A DNA stretch of 63,070 nucleotides, filler included, from Neolecta irregularis DAH-3 (lineage: Eukaryota), in the NCBI GenBank assembly GCA_001929475.1. It is 9 parts of 9 records of this genome, joined end to end, with 100 filler letters (N's around TTAATTAATTAA, not from the genome) between each part and the next. Parts side by side here need not be neighbours in the genome. Positions count along the whole stretch, not along the records: positions 53,429 to 58,417 come from LXFE01004020.1; positions 58,518 to 61,687 come from LXFE01004022.1; positions 61,788 to 63,070 come from LXFE01000510.1; 6 more parts are not named here. The stretch is one strand, 5' to 3'. Both the position numbers and the translations under genes were made by a program. The notes under the pieces were generated by a model, which ran no database searches, was not told the DNA's origin, and was given only the letters and a program-made list of their open reading frames with translations. Below are positions 53,622 to 63,070 of this stretch, piece after piece (the stretch's first letter is position 1; every line of letters begins with the position of its first letter).

Positions 53622-55036
53622 TTATTCCAATTTACACTCCCTCATTAAGGCAGGAACAGAAGATGGGGGAAGGCATCCCTGTTCTGTGACAACCATTGAA
53701 ATCAAACTCGACGGCGTAACATCATATAACAAGTTCAGCATCTTTAGCCCTTTTACATCCCTCCAATCAGTCTCTGCCGCTACCGCCTCTGGACACCCTA
53801 TTCTGTCAATGTAATAAACACGGCAAAACAAACCAAGCTCATTGAAAACAAATGAGTCTAATTGGATCCGGTGACTGAACTTTAAACTTTCGCAACACAC
53901 AATCACCGGAATATCAAAGTCTTTGGCAGTCATGGCGATCAATGCAGTTCCCACAGTAGAGTATAATCCACCATTACTCAGCATCGCATGAGCCCCTAGT
54001 AAAACCTTTGTGACATCTTTCATCACATATCCAATCCCGCTTATCAAACAGTACGAACTTTCAATTCCGCAGTCGCTCAATTCTCTCACAAACGTCTTCC
54101 CTGTAAACCATGGCCGAGAATCAACGACAACGATGCGAAACGCAACGTTTTTATGAGCGGATATGAGTAACCTCGACAATAACGATGAATATCCAAATAC
54201 CAGAATTACATCGTGATGGGATAATTTCTCTGTCATACGACTATCGATTAAACTGTATGCCATGGTGATTCTTTCGTGAACGAAGTAGACTATCTTTTCA
54301 ATAAGGCCTTCTTTTGCCTGACCGTCAGAATAATTTTGATGAAGAACGAACCTTGTCATCGTTAAGGTCAATACTCAGTACCGAGATTTCAACTTTTAAC
54401 CATCGAATCGAGTTCCCCATACTTACACTCAATGGTCTTGCGGAAACGAGAAAGTTGATTTGGGTGTTGATATATGTTGTCAAATGGCGAGTTAAAGTTG
54501 TTCCAGATGGCGTTTGATAATCGGCTATAACCTAACCTATGTAAATATCTTGTTTGCAAAAGTGAAAGGACCTGTTTGAACGCATGAAGCATTGCAACGC
54601 AACGGTTTGTACTTCCCAATATCACATGTTTGGAGAATCGAACAGCAAGTTGAATAATTGAGGGATGGACATCTTTAATTCCTACAGTTGTATTTACTCT
54701 CCGATTGCTCTCCAAGTGATGGAATAAAGATATAGTTTTATTCTCAACTATTGTTTCTGGGACAATTTTTATCTGAGCAGGTGTTTTTCGAGAAGACTGC
54801 TCTGTTATCTTTGCTGTGGCTTGTTTATTTAACGGCTCTGTTACGGCACGATCCGCCTGTTTCCCATCGGCTTGGATTTTGGCCGCTCGTCGTGCCTTTT
54901 TGTCGGCCTTTTTACCAACTTGAATATCTTTGGCTGGAAGATTTGTAGCTTCGGGTTTTTGGACTTTGAATTTTTGGGACGGCTGTTGTATTTCAGATGA
55001 TGGTGTGTGGGTTTGAGGTAGAGAAGACGGAATCAT
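53622..55036 (-). CDS. GCD2: Translation initiation factor eIF2B delta subunit, multi-exon
   Basis: ISLFHHL; VHPSIIQLA..GSTNRCVAMLHAFKQV; VVVDSRPWFTGK; VTKVLLGAHAMLSNGGLYSTVGTA; PVIVCCESLKFSHRIQLDSFVFNEL; LNLLYDVTP..EQGCLPPSSVP. Confidence 0.95.
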
Positions 55037-55153
55037 AATTGAAAGGCGAAATTACAGATGACTGGTCGTTATCTGCTATCTGTACAGGTCTTGGTGGAGC
55101 ATTTGAATCATACTCCACTCCGCTGTGCAGTACTTTGACAAGCCAAACTTAAT

Positions 55154-55514
55154 ATGCCTATGAAAGAGAACCTCATTGGCTGGGCGGCCTTTGGTATTGT
55201 TGATTACAACAGGTCAACTGGCTAATATATTTAGGTCTTGCCGTTCGTTTCTATCAACTTGGTCTCCAAAAGCTCCCGCTTTTCAATAGTACGTTCAGCG
55301 GCCAAATTTCTTTCTAATTGCAGATCCCAGTGGACATGTTCTCTCTATGGTTGGGTGTGCAGCTGTAGGAGGTTGGCTGTATACAATCGAAGTGAAGCAA
55401 CTTGATGCTATGAGGGATCGCAGAGATATACTTTTGGCCAATAGGTTTCGACGGGCCCAGGAAGATCAGGAGCGAGAGAGAATTCTAAGACAGGTGATGA
55501 AAAAAGTTTCCTAG
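55154..55514 (+). CDS. NADH:ubiquinone oxidoreductase 14 kDa accessory subunit (NDUFC2/B14.5b-like), 3 exons
   Basis: Spliced read MPMKENLIGWAAFG|LAVRFYQLGLQKLPLFN|..PSGHVLSMVGCAAVGGWLYTIEVKQLDAMRDRRDILLANRFRRA resembles the fungal 14 kDa subunit; absent from the ORF track. Confidence 0.78.
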
Positions 55515-56045
55515 GCTTGTTCTATCGCGAGGGCGTCTACTGACCGAGCAGATGTAAAAGCTCGGGATAGCGTTGTATGATATCTGAATACATACAGAAT
55601 ACAGCGCAGTATCGAGAATAGATTGAAAGATCCACATCTCATGTAACAAAATCAAGCTCGTTTGATTATCTGTGACATCTTTTACCTGTGTGAGTGATTG
55701 CTCTGAAGTTGGCAATTGAGATCAACCTAGTCAAAACAAATCCACAAAATTCTGGCTAACAAATTTGGGTTGTTGCTTGCCGAGTTCACTCCACTCATTA
55801 ATTATATGAAATACTGATTTCTCGATATGAGACATCAAAACATACCTGTCCGTTCTTTGGTAGACCCTGAAGTGACCATTGCAAAGTTGATATAATCACT
55901 TCAGCATATATTATTCTTGAAGCTGGATAAATCAAGGATATTATCGCATTATCCTAATACTCTTCAAACAAAGGTAACAACGAGAGCCGGAATTCTAGAC
56001 GGAATTTCGAATAAATGCAAAAAGAACGGTTTTTAACCCGTCATG

Positions 56046-56128
56046 CTCCCAACGTGGGGCTCGAACCCACAACCTTGAGATATCCACCGGATAAGAGTCT
56101 CACGCGCTACCAATTGTGCCAGCCGGGA
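56046..56128 (-). tRNA. tRNA-Lys(CTT) with ~10-nt intron
   Basis: Minus strand TCCCGGC..TGGCACAATTGGTAGCGC..TGAGA-CT-CTT-A-intron-TCTCA..GTGGGTTCGAGCCCCAC-GTTGGGAG; downstream T5. Confidence 0.93.
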
Positions 56129-56329
56129 TAGTTGGATACCGCTAGTTGAACTTTAAACAATATAACCAATAAACCATTTTACCTGTCTGGGGACTGTCTG
56201 GGGATTCCGTAACGTCTACCTGCACTCATATTGCCATCCCCCACAAGATCTCATCCCATTTATTTCATTCCACCTGGATACCGAATCTTCCAAGCCAATA
56301 TCTCGTTATTTCCATTGCGTCGGATTTGA

Positions 56330-57129
56330 ATGAACTTTATCGACTGGGCGTTTGGCCGGAAAACATTACAAGAACGTCTCCGTGCAAACCAACGATCACT
56401 GGACCGGGCAATCCGAGAACTCGACCGCGAGCGAAATAAACTTGAATCGCAAGAAAAGAAATTAATAGGAGATATCAAGAAGACTGCGAAAGCGAATCAA
56501 CTGGGTGCATGTAAAATAATGGCAAAAGATCTAGTTCGAACGCGACGGTATATTCAGAAATTTTATGGAATTCGAACGCAGTTGCAGGGCGTAGCATTAC
56601 GTATCCAGGTATATTTTTTGGGGGGTATTGTTGGCTGAGTGGGAGACTGTTCGGAGTAATGAGCAGATGATGACTAGTATGAAAGGGGCGACGAGGGTGT
56701 GTTGTTGATTTGAATGAGAGTTGATCTTTTGTAGTTGTTGGGTGGAATGAACAAGAGTATGAATTTACCTGCTTTACAAAAGATTGCGATGGAATTTGAG
56801 CGGGAGAATGATCTTATGGATCAAAGGCAGGAGATGATGGATGACGGTACGGTGTTGTGATGTATAGCTGACAAGAGCGATTGATGATACGATGGAGGAC
56901 GATGAAGATGAATCAGAGGAGGTGATTACGCAAGTATTGGATGAGATTGGGATTTCTTTTGGACAGTCGGTATGTCACTATTACGGGATGGAGGTTGAGG
57001 GTTTAGCTCAAGGAGACGCCTACTGGGCTTGCGATTTCAGGTGGACAAAAGGTGGGAGTTGCAGAGGCTGCGGGAGCAGGCAATGAGGATGACTATCTTC
57101 AAGCACGGTTGGATAGTCTCGGTAGATGA
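56330..57129 (+). CDS. DID4: ESCRT-III subunit Did4/Vps2, multi-exon
   Basis: WAFGRKTLQERLRANQRSLDRAIRELDRER; IMAKDLVRTRRYIQKFY; MNLPALQKIAMEFERE; QVLDEIGI; LQARLDSL. Confidence 0.96.
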
Positions 57130-57132
57130 TTA

Positions 57133-57241
57133 TCAAGTCGCGCACTAGTGACTAATAATCTCGGTGATTCGTCCCAATCAAGATTATTAAATTAAAGCGT
57201 CAAGTCGCAAACTAGTGACTGATGATCTCGTCGGTGATTCG
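57133..57241 (+). repeat. Two imperfect ~40-bp direct repeats downstream of DID4
   Basis: tcaagtcgcgcactagtgactaataatctcggtgattcg and tcaagtcgcaaactagtgactgatgatctcgtcggtgattcg. Confidence 0.75.
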
Positions 57242-57491
57242 ATATAATATAATATTAATCAAGACCTATCAAATAGAATACATATCAAACATGATATTTG
57301 CAATTTACTTTACACAGGTGAATCTACGACATTACAATATATACAAACTATATGCAACAATGCAACAATATGATAATGATAATATAAAACAAATAAACAA
57401 TGTGAGAATGGATGGAATCAAACAAGTTGATACNNNNNNNNNNATGATAATGATAATATAAAACAAATAAACAATGTGAGAATGGATGGAA

Positions 57492-58417
57492 TCAAACAAG
57501 TTGATACCATGGATCTCTCAATACGGTGTTAATATCCCAACGATTTTCAGGGTCAAGGACAAGACATCCACAAACGACCTGTGCGGCGTCTGTGTGTATG
57601 ATTTTGTCCTTGTCCCAGTCTCCTTTAAGGATGAGCATTTGGAGTCGTGGTAAAAAGACGTGGTTGAAGGGTAATTCTCCAGTGAGCAGGGCAAAGAGGA
57701 CGACCCCGAAACTCCAAATGTCGAATGCGGGCGAGAGTAGGGGTTGACTTGAGCGGATTTGCTCGGGGGAAGCGTAGGGGAAGCTACCGCCGGCGATACG
57801 GTCGACGTCTGGTTTTTCGCTATCTAGGAACTCTGCCATGCCAAAGTCGCATAGCAGGAGCTGGCCGCTGTCTAGGAGGCAGTTTTCTAGTTTTACGTCG
57901 CGGTGGACGACGCGGGCAGTTATGTGGAGGTAGCGCAGGGCGGAAGCGAGTTGGTAGGAGTAGTGTTTTGCGAGGGAGGGACGGAGGCCTGAGCGATGTT
58001 GTTTTGCGAGATCGTAGAGGGTGCCGCTGCGGGAGAGTTTGAGGATGGCAAAAGTTGCATAGGGGGTGTCAAAGACCTGGAGCAGGGGGAGGATATTTGG
58101 GTGGCTTAGGGATTTGTGGATGCTTATTTCGTGGTCAAAGTGGGCCTAGAGTTAGAACGGTTGGCGAGGCGGGCGAGCAACCTTGATGTCCTCGTCTGTG
58201 GAAATCTTTGGCTTGCGGACTATTTTGACAGCGACGAGGGTGTTTGGGGAGAGGGCCGAGACGGCTTCCCTGACGATGCTGAAGCCGCCGTGGCCGATCT
58301 GGCGGGCGAGGATGTAGGGGCCTATGTGCTGGCCCTCGTCGTCTGGCGGGGGTGAGCAGGTGGACTTTTGGGCAAACATGGAGAGGAACTGGGGGTGAGC
58401 GGGGGGGGTGAGCAGGG
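57492..58417 (-). CDS. CAMK-group Ser/Thr kinase, Nnk1-like; 5' truncated
   Basis: IGPYILARQIGHGGFSIVREA; VAVKIVRK; FDHEISIHKSLSHPNILPL; LRYLHITARVVHRDVKLENCLL; LCDFGMAEF; GSFPYASPE. Confidence 0.88.
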
Positions 58418-58959
58418 NNNNNNNNNNNNNNNNNNNNNNNNNNNNNNNNNNNNNNNNNNNNTTAATTAATTAANNNNNNNNNNNNNNNNNNNNNNNNNNN
58501 NNNNNNNNNNNNNNNNNTTTGGTGCGCTCCACATTTTATAAAATGTGGCTTTTTAAAAAATTCGAATTTTCAGCGAGCGTGTAAGCACACAGGTTGTAGT
58601 TGTAGAGTCTTTGAGGTTTTAGGATTCTGGAAACATAGCCAGAGAGGAAAAATCGCCCTAGACCCACACCCAGAATACCCGTCTGGAACAATTGGTACTC
58701 TACAGTCTGCTATTACAAAGTCTAGATAGTATTTCAATACCTAACACTTTGGAATAAGCAGGCTGAATGGCTTCGCCCGGACCAATGGGCCAGCCCAGCC
58801 CTCTGAAAATCTCATGGGCTTCTAACGGGAGCGGGGCACTCTTGTCGGTTCTGACGGACTGGGCGCCCGTGTGGCCCGCAGAGTGCGACACAGCGGCGAT
58901 GCTTCCCATGGAGGTTTGGCACGGCGACACTAGTTACTTTGACCGGCGAGTCGGTCACT

Positions 58960-59442
58960 ATGCTACAGCCCGTATTGCACTCGAGCAGAAGAAGCGCTTT
59001 GCTCAGCAAGCGCATATATGCACCTTGCGATAGATGCATTCACTCACAGCCATCACCGCCATCACCAACAACGTTCGTAGGCCCGCCGCATCCAGTATCA
59101 AACCTCCGTCCCATCATCCACACAAACAGCCCGAATCTCCCCTCCTGCGTGAGGCTGCAGCGCCGGCGTGAGCTCGTCGCCCGAGAGCACGACCGGTTTT
59201 GGGAGGAACACAACCGCCATTGCCAAGAGTCGCTGGAGGTGTTCCGGCGCCGGCGCGTCAAGGAACGGGGCTTTGTCGCAGACACCGACATGAGCGTGTT
59301 CTACCGGCAGGCGCTAGACGACCGCAGCGTGCAGATTCGCCGGTATCAGCTTTGGTGGTGGAAGCAGAACACGTTGCAGCTGTGGGACAGTTTCCGTTGC
59401 TGGCTCGATACCCTCATTACTCGTAGACACCAAAAACTATAG
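58960..59442 (+). CDS. COA8: Cytochrome c oxidase assembly factor 8 (APOPT1/COA8)-like
   Basis: Basic presequence-like start; VGPPHPVSNLRPI; HDRFWEEHN; DMSVFYRQALD..YQLWWWKQN. Confidence 0.82.
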   Translation: MLQPVLHSSRRSALLSKRIYAPCDRCIHSQPSPPSPTTFVGPPHPVSNLRPIIHTNSPNLPSCVRLQRRRELVAREHDRFWEEHNRHCQESLEVFRRRRVKERGFVADTDMSVFYRQALDDRSVQIRRYQLWWWKQNTLQLWDSFRCWLDTLITRRHQKL

Positions 59443-59591
59443 ACCTCACACAGACTATAGCTGGACTTTCAGAGTGAAGGCAGTGGCCGTGGAGTATTGC
59501 TTCAGACGCTCCACATATTGCGTCATCCCAAGATCAACTTCTCACACCTCCTGTACATTTCCATTTCTGCTGCCATTTCACTGTTTTTGCC

Positions 59592-61232
59592 ATGAATCCA
59601 CACCTAGAGTCTCAGTTCCCTCTCACTCCTTCACCGGAAAGCCCACGAGACCGTCTTCGCTATAATATTGCAACAGAACTAGTTTATGTCGACAACCCCG
59701 ACAATGGTGCTAGTCCACACGACCGATATAACGCATCATCCATGCCTATATACCAGACAGCGACTTTCAAACAAAACTCGGCTACGCAAATGGGAGAATA
59801 TGACTACACGCGCAGTGGAAATCCCACCCGTTCACATTTGGGTATGTAGTTCTGGTTGTTCATTAATCCCAGTTGACGCTTGTAGAACGGCATTTAGCCA
59901 AAATCATGAATGCCAACAGAGCTCTCGTAGTGAGTTCAGGAATGGCTGCTCTGGACGTGATTACTCGATTACTCAAACCCGGGGACGAAGTTGTTGCTGG
60001 AAACGATCTCTATGGAGGCACCCTCCTCTATCTCTCAGCATCTAATAACAAGGGACAAACCGTCTACTCAAATATTTGTCGACAAATAACGGAATCATTG
60101 TCCATCATGTAGATACCACAGATCCCGAAGAAGTGAGGCCGCGCCTCACAGAGAACACAGCATTCGTTCTTCTTGAAACACCCACAAATCCAATGATCAA
60201 AATCGCCGATATACCGTCAATCTCAACTATTGTTCACGAGAAATGTTCTAGAGCAATCGTGGTGGTGGATAATACGATGTTGTCTCCCTATCTGCAATCT
60301 CCCCTTGACCTTGGTGCAGATATATCTTACGAGTCAGGCACAAAATACCTCAGTGGGTAAGGCCACTTCTTCTTTGCTGTAATAACATAAAGACATCATG
60401 ACTTGNNNNNNNNNNATATCTGCAATCTCCCCTTGACCTTGGTGCAGATATATCTTACGAGTCAGGTACAAAATACCTCAGTGGGTAAGGCCACTTCTTC
60501 TTTGCTGTAATAACATAAAGACATCATGACTTGATGGCTGGAGTTATCGCAGTGAACAATCTCTCCCTTGCAGAAAGACTCTTCTTTTCTATAAATGCCT
60601 CGGGTTGTGGCCTCTCGCCTTTTGACTCGTGGCTTCTTATGCGGGGAGTGAAAACTCTTGCGGTAAGAATGGAAAAGCAACAATCCAACGCAATTCAGAT
60701 CGCGAAATTTCTCGAATCCCATGGACTCAAAACCCATTACCCAGGGCTTTTATCACATCCTCAATTTAAATTACATCATTCTATGGCTAGAGGACCTGGA
60801 GCTGTACTAAGTTTTGAGACAGGAAATGCAACGATAAGTGAGCGGATAGTGGAAGGCACACGGATTTGGGGGATTAGTGTCAGTTTTGGTTGTGTCAACA
60901 GCCTGATCAGGTACCCATCTCGGTTTCAATTGATGCTAATAGGGAAAGTATGCCTTGTAAAATGTCTCACGCTTCAATTGACCCTGAAACTCGTGCCAAG
61001 AGGGCTTTGCCAGAAGATTTAATCCGTCTTTGTGTTGGAATTGAAGATGCAGACGATTTAATCCAGGATTTACAGACTGCTGTATGTTTTTCTATCCTTG
61101 TCATATTCTGATTATTTACAGCTGATTAAAGCGAACGCTTTGAAGATTAGTATTAACGGATGTCATGCCCCTTATAATCTGGACCAGGAAAATGATGCAA
61201 TGAGTTTATCTGTCGGTGTTTTGGACTTTTGA
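59592..61232 (+). CDS. STR3: Cystathionine beta-lyase (PLP-dependent), multi-exon
   Basis: ASSMPIYQTATFKQ..EYDYTRSGNPTRSHL; SSGMAALDVI; LLETPTNP; VDNTMLSP; YESGTKYLSG|HHDLMAG; SVSFGCVNSLI; MPCKMSHASI..DLIRLCVGIED. Confidence 0.95.
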
Positions 61233-61786
61233 TGAAGTATTTTTAAAACTACATAGATCTAACTTTGCTCTACGTTGCATGTTGATTGGCCGGAGTCAAT
61301 ATTGATTAGAATCTTCAATGGAAGCTCAACATATGTGCTGCCTCATATGATAAATGCTGGTTTCCCTGAAACCCTGCCAGTGCAAAATTCTTCCTTGGCT
61401 CTGCAGATAAAAATTTATTTCATGATCCAGTAAAATATCATCTAAAGATCCCTGCACAAAGTGGAGATGAAGCTCTTTTCGACCGGCATATCACAATGTG
61501 ATCAGTCCATATTTTATAAGAGAATCCATTTACAACTGTTTCAATAAGCCCTAAATCCAGTTTCTTGATGGCTTTTGTATTTACTATTTGAAGAAATTGG
61601 ATGGTTACCGTTCCACCATCCAAAATAGCGAATTTTTGATCAAATCTATTGATGGTTGTCTGAGTTGAACTCGCTGAATCTGACTGANNNNNNNNNNNNN
61701 NNNNNNNNNNNNNNNNNNNNNNNNNNNNNNNTTAATTAATTAANNNNNNNNNNNNNNNNNNNNNNNNNNNNNNNNNNNNNNNNNNN

Positions 61787-62988
61787 NGCCGCCGCCCCAG
61801 TGCGCCTGCCCGTGCTGCTCGCCGAGCTGCGCCACATCATCGCCGCGCTGCTGCCTGCGCCACACTCCGCCGGCCTCGCGCTCGATCCCGCCGGCATCCT
61901 CGCGCTCGACCCCGAAGGCATCCGCGCGCTCGACGCCCCGCGCTTCGCCGCGCTCGTCGCCGCCCTGCTGCGCCCCCACATCGCCCCCGCGCGAGAACCG
62001 CTGCTGGGCGACATGGCCGCCTCCGTCGCCGCCGGCGTCGCCTCCCGCGATCCCCTCCTCATCGTCAAGGGCTTCCGGATCCTGTTTGAGCTGCTCGAGG
62101 CCATGAAGCTGGTACGCCCCGCTCCGCCCGCCCTCTGCGCTTACGCCAGGACATTGCAAACCACCAGCTCCAGTCCATGCGCGCCTTCCTCGTCGACACG
62201 GCAGTCGACTTTGAGCAGCGCTATTTCGCGGACCGCATCAGCCGCGGCAAGATGCAGCTCGACTCCACTCTGCTCTGGCTCAACAGGCACTGCAAAGCGC
62301 CCGCCCTCTTTGAAGGGTTCTGCACCGGTATGGCCCGCCGCCGCGCGTCGTTCTAACCCGCGCAGGCGTCGTTGCCCTGCTCGAGCTGCAGGCGCCCTTT
62401 GCCCAGCTTCCGCAAACATTCCAGTTCGACCAGGCAAGACTGTCCAGCATCAGAGCAGACCTGCACGATCTCCTTTCAATTCAAATGATCCTCCTGCTCT
62501 ACCGGCAGCTCATCTGCCCAGTCACCAGGCCAGCTCACTTGGACCCCGCCATCCTCTCCTTCAAACAGGAAATACTCGTCCTGATCGCTGACGATATCGC
62601 GCACTCGAGAATTAAATGGGAAAAGGCCATTCCCTGCCTCGCCCTCCAAATGGCTCGCAAATACGCAATCTGCAAAACAGGCTTCTGCACCTTTCCAGAT
62701 CAGCACATCATCACAAGCGTCCAATCATGGCTCCTCACAAACCTCGATCGAAAACAAATATCCCCAGTCCATCAACTCTTGCAATCCCGAGTCCTGCAGT
62801 ATTTCTCAAAAACATGTCTCGCCGCAATCAGGTGTAATCGTCACTTTACACCTATTTCAGAAAACGACAGTCTGGATTCTTTTGTCGGGTTAAATGACGA
62901 AATTCAAGTTTTAGCTCGGAAAATATCTGGAGTCGCTGTATTCCATTATAAAGTCATGGGAAAATTGTATGTTCGTTGGTGCATGTAG
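61787..62988 (+). CDS. SOK1: TCP11/Sok1-family protein, 5' truncated, multi-exon
   Basis: RLPVLLAELRHII; LRPHIAPARE; KGFRILFELLEAMKL|DIANHQLQSMRAFLVDTAVDFEQRYF; C-terminal VFHYKVMGKLY. Confidence 0.85.
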
Positions 62989-63070
62989 GCAGATTGGATT
63001 GCGGAGTTTGGTAGATCGGTTTGGTTTCGTATTCTGTGCATTGTGACAAGTCTGATTAGATTTCTTTCTT

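Noticed and set aside
55510-56010. Possible decayed multi-exon gene on the minus strand
   Set aside because: Stops in all plausible frames and no recognisable motif
61250-61687. Possible Tc1/mariner transposase relic (LDLGLIETV versus SPDLNPIE)
   Set aside because: Similarity too weak, no TIR or DDE context visible

Overview
Eukaryotic (fungal) genomic DNA: gene-dense, with many very short (~30-50 nt) GT-AG introns. An early-diverging ascomycete of Taphrinomycotina type is my inference from gene content, not a verified identification. The window is not contiguous: nine scaffolds are joined by artificial N-TTAATTAATTAA-N spacers, and several internal 10-N gaps are flanked by duplicated, slightly polymorphic overlaps. 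Most genes are conserved housekeeping genes: SLA1, a DPP-IV/DAP2-type peptidase, RPB7, MLP1/TPR, NUP98-96, VPH1, IES4, UBC11, CHK1, an OPT transporter, HMT1, sidA, MRF1, SLY1, Nrd1/Mrn1, an SDR, ITC1, GCD2, a complex I 14 kDa subunit, DID4, an NNK1-like kinase, COA8, STR3 and SOK1, plus two intron-containing tRNA genes. The most unusual element is a ~2 kb gag-only LTR-type mosaic (8805-10768). Its gag ORF runs through a piece of a hAT-like MITE into an intron-retaining fragment of a host vacuolar amino-acid transporter gene, and three of its parts recur elsewhere in the window. Other notable items are a sororin-like gene with FGF and KEN motifs, an atypical homeodomain plus TFIIS-N-like protein, a secreted PAN-like gene that appears to start at ACG, and several small inverted-repeat elements. 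All calls come from reading the sequence by eye; no searches were run.
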